A stretch of 64,000 bases of DNA from Octopus sinensis (GCF_006345805.1 NC_043000.1:151280001-151344000), one strand, 5' to 3'; shown: positions 1 to 11,397, numbered from the stretch's first letter. The notes: a model not told the origin generated them from the sequence alone. A program made the numbers and translations.

Positions 1-307
1 TAATCTCACATACATCTGGAACCAGGCTTTATACTATCCTAAAATATAAGATATAAAAGTATTATTTTTCTTTTAGTCACTCGTTAAGAATTAAATGTTG
101 TATGAATCCCTAAGTTTTAATCATGCTACTCTGTACCTCAATATATAAATCAATGAAATTTGAAAGAAGTCCAGGGTATCCACCTCAACGGTCCAACACC
201 CCAGTAACTTACAGAACATTACAAATAGCCCATTGGCTCGATTTTGTGGCGGCATTTACTACAGTATTTACATTTTAAGTTACTTCATGCTCAGAGCTTC
301 ATCAATG

Positions 308-620
308 AAGGCGCATGGCTTAGTGGTTAGATTATTCGGCTCAGGATCGTAAGATCATGAGTTCGATTCCCGACGGCGCGTTGAATTTTTGAGCAAGACA
401 CTTTATTTCTCGTTGCTTCTGTCCACTCAACTGGCTAAAACGAGTTGTACCCGTATTTCAAAAGAGGGCCAATCTTGTCACATTTTGTGTTACGCTAAAT
501 CTCCCTGAGAGCTACGTTAAGTGTATACGTGTCTGTGGTGTGGTCAGCCATTTGTACATTAATTTGACGAGTAAGCTATTCCATTGATCGGATCAACTGG
601 AACCCTCGTCGTCGTAAGTG
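308..620 (+). mobile_element. tRNA-derived SINE (variant head/body, 3' tail shared with family D)
   Basis: A-box-like ggcttagtggttag, B-box-like gagttcgattccc, 3' part ...tgatcggatcaactggaaccctcgtcgtcgtaa homologous to 33472-33857 and 35821-36204; related copy at 21220-21520. Confidence 0.75.
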
Positions 621-873
621 TCAGTTTGTTTGTATAACTATCAATTTCACTGCCAATTTTATGCAAACTTACGCTGGATTCTAAATTTTCTTGTTTCACT
701 CCTTGCATTTTCTACTCGTAAAACCCATCAAAATCTTTTTTGCACACAATTAACTTAAATAACCTTCGCTACATGTTTAAACTCTTCAATTATTTTCCTC
801 CTTTAAAGGATTGTCGTAATCGTATACTATCTCTAAGCCGATATTTCCCTGATTTTTTTTTAGACTAAATTTT

Positions 874-1176
874 TGTTTGTTCCTTCTCGAGCCATGCCTG
901 GCTCATAAGGGCCGGTTTTCCGGTTTCCTTGGCGTATGGGTTCCCCACCTGGACGGGACGCCGGTCCGTCGCAGGTGAGCTACAAGATGCAGGAGGAAAG
1001 AGTGAAGGAAAGTTGTGGCGAAAGAGTCAACAGAAGTTCGCCATTAACTTCTGCCGGAGTTGTGTGGAGCTTAGGTGTTTCGCTCATAAACATACGCATC
1101 GCCTGGTCTGAGATTCGAACCCGCGATCCCTCGACCGCGAGTCCGCTGCTCTAACCATTAGGCCATGTGCCTCCAC
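874..1176 (-). mobile_element. tRNA-derived SINE family C, full length
   Basis: Minus-strand head tggaggcacatggcctaatggttagagcagcgg..gggttcgaatc; 12-bp TSD agactaaatttt at 862-873 and 1177-1188; near-identical to 43081-43380. Confidence 0.9.
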
Positions 1177-2475
1177 AGACTAAATTTTATGATACTTTAA
1201 TTAACGGCAAGAGCCATCGTCTTTCACTAGTTACTCTGAAAATACTATTATCAAATTTGTAAAATAAGATTATTAATTATCTCCTGTACTCTCACCAATT
1301 AATTATATGTAACACTTGAAATTCTGAGGGGAAGTTAGAGATGAAGTCCTCAACATCACAAGATGCTGAGTGCTTCAATTCTAACTTCGTCCAAGAAAGC
1401 TTCATATGCCATAATTTAAAACTGGAGTTGATTATTTAAATATTCACATCTCCCCCTCGGGCATAAAAAAATATATCAGTGAAGCCATAGTTGAATAATA
1501 ACGTTGTTTGATTTTTACTTTTATCTCGCCGATTTCCATTCCGCCTCTGGGATTTTCACTCTTAAATCTATTTGCTGGTGACTCGTGCATCCACTTTTCA
1601 TTTGACTGTGAATTTCAGAACATTTTTGAGGCTTCATTTATTGTATGAGGAGTTTACCTATATCTTAAAATGTTTTTGATATTTTAAAAATTACCCGCTT
1701 TCTTTCTGAAATATGACAAAAGATCTTAAGATGGCATAAGAAAGAGATTTAACCCAATCTCAACCGGAGAGTAACTTATAAGGATTGAGTAAAACATTAT
1801 AACCCAAATACAAACGGAAACTACGCTTCAAACAAGTATTTTCGAGGGCTTATTCTCAATCTGTAGCTCAGCTATATGTAACTACACTAGTATTCAAGTT
1901 CTTTCAGATTAGCCAAACTTCTTTCAAAGACTAATTTGAAACATCACCGCTATTAATACTTGTATAAAAGGACTATTTTTCTGCATGACCGAAATACCTC
2001 TAACAACAAGGTACTTCAAAGACTTCTCGTCAATAGGGGGAAAAAACAATAGGATCAGTAGAATCTATATTTAATCACAAAGGAACGAACGTATGCCCGG
2101 AAAACTGCTAATGTACTACTGTTATTGTTTGTTTAACAAGTTATTTGGAACAGATGGTGAAGGATAACTGGTGCTTACTGCTATTACTACTGCTGCTTAA
2201 TCCTCTAATCTTTCACTGGTCACTTAACTTTTCCATGTCAAGGTTTCAGCATTCAACAGAAACAATTTCACCTCGTTATATTTCTAAATGTCACAACTCC
2301 TTTCAGCGTCAAAACTACGCCAGAGATACGAAATACTGTGTCCCCACTAATACGTCAGTAAACAATATTTTGATTATATTTTACCCCAGGCTCACACATC
2401 TACAAGCTGACCTCACTGTTATAGCAGCTTTAGTACATAATCCCAATCAACAGGACGGGTTACATATTAGTTCCA

Positions 2476-2891
2476 AAGGCGGCGAGCTGGCAGAAACGTT
2501 AGCACGCCCGGCGAAATGCGTAGCCGTATTTCGTCTGCTGTTACGTTCTGAGTTCAAATTCCGCCGAGGTTGACTTTGCCTTTCATCCTTTCGGGGTTGA
2601 TAAATTAAGTACCAGTTACGCACTGGGATCGATGTAATCGACTTAATACCTATGTCTGTCCTTGTTTGTCCCCTCTGTGTTTAGCCCCTTGTGGGTAATA
2701 AAGAAATAGGTATTTCGTCTGCCGTTACGTTGTGAGTTCAAATTCCGCCGAGGTCGACTTTACCTTTCACCCTTTCGGGGTCGATAAATTAAGTACCAGT
2801 TACGCACTGGGATCGATGTAATCGACTTAATACCTATGTCTGTCCTTGTTTGTCCCTTCTATGTTTAGCCCCTTGTGGGTAATAAAGAAAT
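2476..2891 (+). mobile_element. tRNA-derived SINE family B with internally duplicated body
   Basis: Head ggcggcgagctggcagaaacgttagc, B-box gagttcaaattcc; two body units 184 bp apart; 19-bp TSD gggttacatattagttcca at 2457-2475 and 2892-2910. Confidence 0.92.
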
Positions 2892-3840
2892 GGGTTACAT
2901 ATTAGTTCCATTAAAACATTTAGTTAAATAAATCTCTTAATTAGTAGTTAAGAGATTTACTTAACTTGATATTTAATAGCCATCTATCTTTCAAACTATT
3001 TATTGTTTCTGTTATATAATTCATAGCTAAAATTGTCTCTTTATACACTTTTAATCAAATTACATTAAATATGTATAATTAATTAGCAATCTACATTAAG
3101 TTTAAATTTTAGTATAGTCTAAACTGAAGTTTTTCTTCATACATTCATGTAGTAAATCAAAGATTACACTGAAGTATATTCCTATTTCCTTCCAGCAATT
3201 TGTCAATTGGACTGTGCTGCTGTTTATACTTGAGAGAAATTATATAGTGACTTCGAAACAAAACGAACAATCAACTTAGAGCCATCTTACTTTTATATAG
3301 AATAAAAAAAAATTGGTAGTACTTATTCTTAATCGAATCTGATCTTGCAGTTATGGGCAACAACTCCTGTTAGAGTAATTTCCTTTAGTCATAATGTTTT
3401 ATTTCAACTTATATACATTAGTATAGAGGATGTTATACATAGCTAAAAAGGTCTAATAAGACCAAAACATGTCCAGAGTTATCACCTATATTTGCCATGA
3501 TGAGAATCAAATATTAATAGTAGCTGAGCTAATTTTTTCTTCTCATTACGTAAGAATAAATAATTTATTAGATGATGGTATTAATTTGGCGGCTACTTAG
3601 AGCAATATATCAGCTCTGTTGTAGTTAAAAAAATTAAGTGGACTGGGTTATTTAAAAGCTAAGTCTCTTAGACACAAACAGAATGTAATGCCGACGACAT
3701 AGCATGAACTCCCGCACGCGTAGCTTATAAATCGTTACTCTATCTATTCGTACATCCCCCTCTCTCTCTCCCTCTCACTACTTTCTCTTTCCTTCTTCTG
3801 TCTGTTTTTAGTCCCCTCCATGTATATATATATATATATA

Positions 3841-3987
3841 ACGGGAAGCTTTATGAAAATAGACAAAAGACGAAGGCAGGTGGGAAACAAACAAACAATT
3901 GTATTAGTATGGCGCTCAGGAAATATAAATAAAACAAGTCTTTAACGTTTCGAGCCTACGCTCTTCAACAGAAAGATACACAGAGAG
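3841..3987 (-). mobile_element. Solo Penelope-type terminal repeat (pLTR-like) carrying a hammerhead motif
   Basis: Homologous to 15862-16030, 39013-39150, 39655-39822, 59275-59392; ends in (TA)n. Confidence 0.7.
3939..3976 (-). ncRNA. Minimal type I hammerhead-ribozyme-like motif, U6 variant
   Basis: Minus strand reads UCUUU CUGUUGAA GAGC-GUAG-GCUC GAAAC GUU AAAGA: stem I UCUUU/AAAGA, stem II GAGC/GCUC, GAAA, loopless palindromic stem III AACGUU, GUH cleavage triplet. Confidence 0.7.
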
Positions 3988-3998
3988 TGTATATATAT

Positions 3999-4845
3999 AC
4001 TTGGAAATGGATGCGTGGCGTTCAATCATATTATAATATAAATTATATATATATATATATGCATATAAGCATACATATATGTACATATATATGTATGTAT
4101 ATATGCATATATGGGTACAGGGTGTCAAAGAACGTAAACTGCATGAAATATGAAGACAAACTACGGTATGCAAACAACGAGAGAAACAAATGGAAAACAA
4201 GTCAAGTAACGTAAAGAACGATCATTCCTCAGTTGTCGGCTGTCCATCTACTCCTCATTTCGAGCAATTAACGACAATATGAGTCTTCGAAAGGCAGTTA
4301 GTCCCGCGAACCAAAATAAAATTTGAAATTTGCTGAGGCTCACAATTGGTAACAAAAACAGGACAGTGGAGACATACAACAAACCAAACGAAAATATGCA
4401 TAGAGGGCTGTTAGGCCAGAAGAGGTAAGGTAGCGAACGCTGGAGGAATATTGTCTTTGATAAGAAAAAATAGGAGACAGATAAGAATGCATCTGGTCTC
4501 TAAGAAAAGAAAGGTGATGAAGTGTGGAAAAGAAAGCTGGACGATGGTCACGTGTGAGCAACGAGAGAAAGTAAAGGAGAAAGAGGGAGAGCGAGAGAGA
4601 AACAGTTAGAAAACGGTGAAGAGGAGAAAAAAGAATTAGAGAAAGGAAGGGAGAGAAAACGAAAGGGAGGAGAGGAGAGAGAACAGTACAGGGTAGAATC
4701 GCTTCAAAATTATTAAGTTAAACTTACTTGGAAATGGATGCGTGGCGTTCTATCATATAATAATATAAATAATATATATATACATATATATATAATTGCA
4801 TATATACATACATATGTATATGCATGTATGTATGTATATATATAT
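3999..4845 (-). mobile_element. About 730-bp non-autonomous element with terminal direct repeats, Penelope-like
   Basis: acttggaaatggatgcgtggcgttc.. plus TA tract repeated at 3999 and 4726; internal part 4105-4260 homologous to arms of the 5343-5677 fold-back. Confidence 0.55.
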
Positions 4846-4851
4846 TTTTAA

Positions 4852-5333
4852 AAAAATTTATTTTTTTTAGTTTCAGCTCAGAGCTGCGGCCATGCTGATG
4901 CACCGCCGTTTTGTGCTACACTGTTATTACGACGAACCTCGTCTAATATGTGGCACTTGGTGAAGAATGGAGTTTGATATAGCTACTCTCATTTGCACCT
5001 CTTGCTGTGAGGTAGGTTCATCTGGGACTCTTGACAGGAAGATGTCCAGCTTTGATTTAAAAACCGCTACATCTACTTTGTGCAAGTTCCTCAGACTCTT
5101 TGGGAGAATATTAAAAAGCTGTGGGCCCTTGAAACCCAGGCTGTTGCAGAAGCTGGTCCTGAAGCGTGATGGCATTGTTGGGATCTTTGGCACTATGCAG
5201 TGTCGTCCCGTTCTAGCATTGGTGTAACTTACAATGTCAAAATTTGGCACAATTCCTTCCAGGATCTTCCAGACATATATTACTGCATACCTCTCTCGTC
5301 TTCTCTCCAGGGAGTAGAGTCTTAGCTGTATTT
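4852..5333 (-). mobile_element. 5'-truncated CR1-group LINE (ORF2 C-terminus plus 3' UTR and A-rich tail)
   Basis: Translates LRLYSLERRRERYAVIYVWKILEGIVPNF...GFKGPQLFNILPKSLRNL..VFKSKLDIFLSRVPDEP, matching the post-RT motif of CR1/L2-group ORF2; second copy at 38049-38325. Confidence 0.8.
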
Positions 5334-5342
5334 ATATATATA

Positions 5343-5677
5343 TGCATATATGGGTACAGGACGTCACAAAACATAAACAACATGAAATTAGAAAACAACC
5401 TGAAATACGAAGACAAATTTGGGTATACGAACAACGAGAGATACAAATGGAAAACAAGACAATTAACATAAAGGACGACCCTTTATCAGTTGTCGGCTGT
5501 CTCGAAATGAGGAGTAGATGGACAGCTGACAACTGATAAAGGGTCGTCCTTTATGTTAATTGTCTTGTTTTCCATTTGTTTCGTTGTCTGCGTATACCCA
5601 AGTTTCTCTTCGTATTTCAGGTTGTTTTCTAATTTCATGTTGTTTATGTTTTGTGACGTCCTGTACCCATATATGCA
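5343..5677. repeat. Fold-back inverted repeat of a Penelope-type terminal repeat
   Basis: Arms 5343-5501 and 5521-5677 are reverse complements with few mismatches; 19-nt spacer tcgaaatgaggagtagatg. Confidence 0.9.
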
Positions 5678-5683
5678 ATATAT

Positions 5684-5717
<34 letters not shown>

Positions 5718-5833
5718 ATATTATATATATATACACACATATATATGTATGTACATATATGTATGTATAAATGTATACATATATATCGCATATATATCGC
5801 ATATATATCTTGCATATATATATATATATATAT

Positions 5834-5874
<41 letters not shown>

Positions 5875-5881
5875 TACATAT

Positions 5882-5926
<45 letters not shown>

Positions 5927-6149
5927 ATACATATATACATATATACATATATATATCATATATACATATATATATATGTATGTATGTATATATATATATA
6001 CATATATACATATATACATATATACATATATATATACATATATACATATATATATAATATATGTATGTATATATATATATATTATATATATATACATATA
6101 TATATACATATATACATATATATATATACATATATAGATATATATATAT

Positions 6150-6196
<47 letters not shown>

Positions 6197-6220
6197 TATA
6201 TATATATATATATATATACA
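5678..6220. repeat. Compound (TA)n/(TACA)n microsatellite
   Basis: Direct reading; source of several YI-rich ORFs. Confidence 0.95.
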
Positions 6221-6644
6221 GTTGAAGGAAGTTACGAGTCATCACTCACCATCATTGCACAAGCGGTTTAACCACCAAGAAATCAAAACTCTCCTTCCTG
6301 TGTTGCACAATCTCTAAGCTCTATCACTTAACAAATTACAGCTGAGTCTTATGGTTGACCTCAAGAATCGTTGCAGAATCCCCGTATTTACCATCCCTCA
6401 GACTTCAAATAGAAATACTACGACTAATACACTAATAATCATCTACTTTTAATTCTTAACATTAAAAACACTATCTGTGTCTACACACACACACACCCTT
6501 GCAATCTTCATTCCTGAGTATCGTCGAGGCGCAAAACCCGCATTACGGGTTTAGTTTCAACAAAACAAAAAGCATATCTTCTAAATTGTATTCAGCACTC
6601 CTCTCCCATTCATCCGTCATTCGTCCAACATGTATGTATGTGTG

Positions 6645-6696
<52 letters not shown>

Positions 6697-6778
6697 TGTG
6701 TGTGTGTGTGTATAATATATATGTAATATATACGTGTTCGCGTATATATTACATATATAATATACATATATTTACATG

Positions 6779-6824
<46 letters not shown>

Positions 6825-6844
6825 CATACGTACATACATACATA

Positions 6845-6897
<53 letters not shown>

Positions 6898-6930
6898 GTA
6901 TATATGTATGTATGTATATATGTATGTATG

Positions 6931-7006
<76 letters not shown>

Positions 7007-7144
7007 GTGAGGCGAATCAAAATTAGGAATACTAGATATATACCCAAATACACGCGCTCAATGTTTATCCATTCTGCAAAAGACACCAAGTCGATTCCCG
7101 TCAACAATAAAATCAAATCCAATTGAAGTGTATGATACATGCTC

Positions 7145-7470
7145 AGGCGTTGCTGTGTGGTAAGTAGCTTGCTTCCCATCCACATGGTTCCGGGCTCAGT
7201 CCCACTGTGTGGCACCTCGGGCCGACCAAAGACTTGTGAGTGGATTTGATAGACGGAAACTGAAAGAAGCCCGTCGTCTGTGCGTGGGAGTGTTTCAATG
7301 TATGTCTTTGTGTTTGTGTTTGTCCCCATCACCGCTTGACAATCGGTGCTGGTATGTTTACGTCCACGTAACTTAGCGGTTAAAAAATAACTTCTGAGAT
7401 CGATTTGCTCGTCTAAAACCCTTCAAAGCGGTCCCCCTGCATGGCCACAGTCTGAAACAAATAAAAAATA
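7145..7470 (+). mobile_element. Degenerate SINE family A
   Basis: gctgtgtggtaagtagcttgc..gacggaaactgaaagaagcccgtcg..catggccacagtctgaaacaa with internal deletions. Confidence 0.8.
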
Positions 7471-8199
7471 GAACATAAAAAAGATTATACAAATATGCCC
7501 GTGCGCGTATGTATATGCATGATGCATATGGCTACGCGTACATTTAAGCACCAATCCTAAGGAGATTTTGTCTTAATTCACTTCTTTTATATATTTGGAA
7601 AAAAATATTTCTGATAAATGTTGCTTCTCTGATAGTGTGATGGAAAAAAAAAACCCACGTCAGTGACCAGGTCGCAGTTGGTGCGAGAAAAAAACTTGAC
7701 ACCAAATGATATCTTAAGAGTCTTTGTATGTGTTTGAATACTTAATGTGTATATTCCATGCTGTAATCACTTGATGCTACCTTTAGTGTTAAATCCTCTC
7801 GCTTTTCATAATTCATATAGTTTAGAAGATTTGAACATTTAACTCATTCTATCTGATTAACATTTAATTATAATTTTAGTCTCCAACACTTAGATTTAAA
7901 ATACGCAATACATTGACGGACACTCACACACAGAAACACACATACAATTTATATATAATACATATAATATAATACAGAGGCATACATACAATTATATATG
8001 TATGCAAGATATACTTTACAAACATATATGTGAAGTATATATACACACATATATTTGTTTGTATGCCTATGCATATATATATATATATATATATATTTAA
8101 CACAGAGACATACATACAGATATATATGTGTATATATATACTTTACATGTGTGTGTGTGTGTACAGAGACAGAGAGAGAAAAGAAGGAAAAAAAGGAAG

Positions 8200-8900
8200 T
8201 TAGTTAGATAGATCGATACATACATACGTACATAATTCATATATATATATACATACATACACACATACATACATACATAATTCATATATATATATATACG
8301 TATATACACACATACATACATACATACATACATACATACATAATTCATATATATATATACATATATACACACATACATACATACATACATAATTCATATA
8401 TATATATATATATACATACATACATACATACATACATACATACATACATACATAATTCATATATATATACATACATACATACATACATACATACATACAT
8501 ACATACATACATAATTCATATATATACATACATACATACATACATACATACATAATTCATATATATATATACATACATACACACATACATACATACATAA
8601 TTCATATATATATATATACGTATATACACACATACATACATACATACATACATACATACATAATTCATATATATATATACATATATACACACATACATAC
8701 ATACATACATACATAATTCATATATATATATATATATACATACATACATACATACATACATACATACATACATAATTCATATATATATACATACATACAT
8801 ACATACATACATACATACATAATTCATATATATATACATACATACATACATACATACATACATACATAATTCATATATACACACATACATGCATACATAG
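8200..8900. repeat. Higher-order (ACAT)n / aattca(TA)n minisatellite
   Basis: Recurrent unit (acat)n-aattcatatatatat. Confidence 0.9.
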
Positions 8901-9199
8901 ACGAAAAAGTGTCCAAGCGTAAATTCATGTGTGTGTATGTGTGCGTGTGTGCGCATGTGTGTGTATATATGTGTGTATATGTGAGTATGTGTGTGCGTGT
9001 CTGTGTGTATTTGAGTATGTGTGCTTGTGAGCGTGTGTGTGTGTGTGTACCAAAACAGCTAAGCCTACGTATGCATCTCCGTCAGTTTCTACTTTCTCAC
9101 TCTCGCTCAGTCTATCTCTTTCTTTCTGTGTGTGTCTATATGTGTGTGTGTGTATATACATATATATGTGTGTGTGCGTGTGTATATATATATATATAT

Positions 9200-9340
9200 A
9201 TTAATCAGCCGAAATTGCTAAGATGATCCGGTTCCCGACTGAAGATTAGAGGCTTCGAATGACCCATTCTGTTTTTTGTGTCGCTCTCTTTGTGTGTTTG
9301 CGTTCTTGTCCCATTTTTGTAATTTATATTTAATTTCTAT
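9200..9340 (+). mobile_element. Penelope-type terminal repeat fragment
   Basis: cagccgaaattgctaagatgatccggttcccgactgaagattagaggcttcgaatga is homologous to the minus strand of 34135-34200; embedded in TA/CA tracts. Confidence 0.5.
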
Positions 9341-9390
9341 ACACACACCACACACACACCACACACACACACACACAAACACACACATAA

Positions 9391-9430
<40 letters not shown>

Positions 9431-9889
9431 GCACACACACATATGAATGTCAGTACGTGTGTAAGTATATGTCCATAGGCAGGGATACATATACTTATGC
9501 CCATCCATAAATAACAGCTATACATAATCCCGTGGATTTACGCCATTAAGGTCCTTTTATTTTCTTAGAAGACATGTGTCCTCGTTCAGACTTTTATTTA
9601 CTTCCGTCAATCAGGATTAAAACCGCTTACCTTCAGTTTTTATATTCTGCACGTTGCCGGTCATTTGTCTTTGATTCTGGATTGCATAGGTCAGTTGGAT
9701 TTGATTCCACTTAATTTTAGAAAAAATAAAAGCAGCTTGCCCTCTTCGTTGAACCGTATATTTGCCATCAACGGTTCATTGTTATTTTATTATATCTAGA
9801 TAGTAATGGGGCTACTATATTCTTAAAATAGTCCAAATAATTTGGATGGGGATAGAAAGTCTCGGATCAAAGAATAGTAAAACATGGGA

Positions 9890-10284
9890 CTCTTTTACTC
9901 TTTTACTCTTTTACTTGTTTCAGTCATTTGACTGCGGCCATGCTGGAGCACCGCCTTTAGTCGAGCAAATCGACCCCGGGACTTATTCTTTGTAAGCCCA
10001 GTACTTATTATATCGGTCTCTTTTGCCGAACCGCTAAGTGACGGAGACGTAAACACACCAGCATCGGTTGTCAAGCAATGCTAGGGGGACAAACACAGAC
10101 ATACAAACATACACACACACACATACATACATATATATATATACGACAGGCTTCTTTCAGTTTCCATCTACCAAATCCACTCACAAGGCATTGGTCGGCC
10201 CGAGGCTATAGTAGAAGACACTTGCCTAAGATGCCACGCAGTGGGACTGAACCCGGAACCATGTGGTTGGTTAGCAAGCTACTT
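9890..10284 (-). mobile_element. SINE family A, 5'-truncated
   Basis: (actctttt)n tail at left; lacks the first ~22 nt of the head; flanked by a 113-bp direct duplication. Confidence 0.92.
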
Positions 10285-10416
10285 AATTGTTATTTTATTA
10301 TATTTAGAGAGTAAAGGGGTTACTATATTCTTAAAATAGTCCAAACAATTTGGATGGGGATAGAAAGTCTCGGATCAAAGAATAGTAAAACATGAGACCA
10401 CAGAAACTTTATATTC

Positions 10417-10564
10417 TTTTCATTATTTACATTCGATAGATATTTGTCCTCATCTTGTTTGTTGTTAACATAACGTTTCGGCTGATATACCCTCCAGCCT
10501 TCTTCGGGTGTCTTGGGGAAATTTCGAACCTGGGTTCTCATTCCTAAGGCATTTTTCGATGTTA

Positions 10565-10641
<77 letters not shown>

Positions 10642-10832
10642 GTTGTTGTTGTTGTTGTTGTTATTGTTCAGGTCACTGCTTGGAATCGAATTCGGAATCT
10701 TGGGGTTGGTAGCCCGCGCTCTTAACCACTACGCCATATGCCCGTGGGCATACGGCGTAGTGGTTAAGATGAGGACAAATATCCGTCGAATAATGTAAAT
10801 AATGTACGTAATTCCTCATCTCTTAAATATAA
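10417..10832 (-). mobile_element. tRNA-headed SINE-like element with Penelope-type 3' end and hammerhead motif, plus inverted deleted copy
   Basis: Minus strand from 10743: gggcatatggcgtagtggttaag (A box) ..aattcgattcc (B box), (AAC/AAT)n, hammerhead, tail; inverted copy 10746-10832; TSD acagaaactttat(a/g)ttc at 10400-10416 and 10833-10849. Confidence 0.75.
10467..10512 (-). ncRNA. Minimal type I hammerhead-ribozyme-like motif (probably decayed copy)
   Basis: GACAC CCGAAGA A GGCUG-10nt-CAGCC GAAAC GUU AUGUU; U4 replaced by C and first stem I pair mismatched, otherwise canonical layout. Confidence 0.65.
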
Positions 10833-10988
10833 ACAGAAACTTTATGTTCGATAAAACAGAGCTAAGATGGCGACACATTAACACGTGAATAATATTCAAA
10901 ATACTGTTAATGTGATAGAATATATGTACATGTATACTTATATATAAATGTACATATAGGCGTATACTTATATATACATGTACATATA

Positions 10989-11151
10989 GGCGCAGGAGTG
11001 GCTGTGTGGTAAGTAGCTTGTTAACCAACCACATGGTTCCGGGTTCAGTCCCACTGCGTGGCACCAAGGGCAAGTGTCTTCTACTATATCCTCGGGCCGA
11101 CCAAAGCCTTGTGAGTGGATTTGGTAGACGGAAACTGAAAGAAGCCCGTCG

Positions 11152-11182
<31 letters not shown>

Positions 11183-11397
11183 ATGTTTGTGTGTCTGTGT
11201 TTGTCCTCCCAACATCGCTTGACAACCGATGCTGGTGTGTTTATGTCCCCCGTTACTTAGCTGTTCGGCAAAAGAGACCGATAGAATAAGTACTGGGCTT
11301 ACAAAAGAATAAGTCTCGGGGTCGAGTTGCTCGATTAAAGGCGGTGCTCCAGCATGGCCGCAGTCAAATGACTGAAACAAGTAAAAGAGTAAAAGAG
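10989..11397 (+). mobile_element. SINE family A, full length
   Basis: ggcgcaggagtggctgtgtggtaag head, internal (TA)(TG) tract, 3' cagtcaaatgactgaaac and (aaaagagt)n tail. Confidence 0.93.

Noticed and set aside
8200-8900. Regular repeat units resembling a CRISPR array (also 56170-56440)
   Set aside because: No unique spacers, simple-sequence units, eukaryotic context and no cas genes
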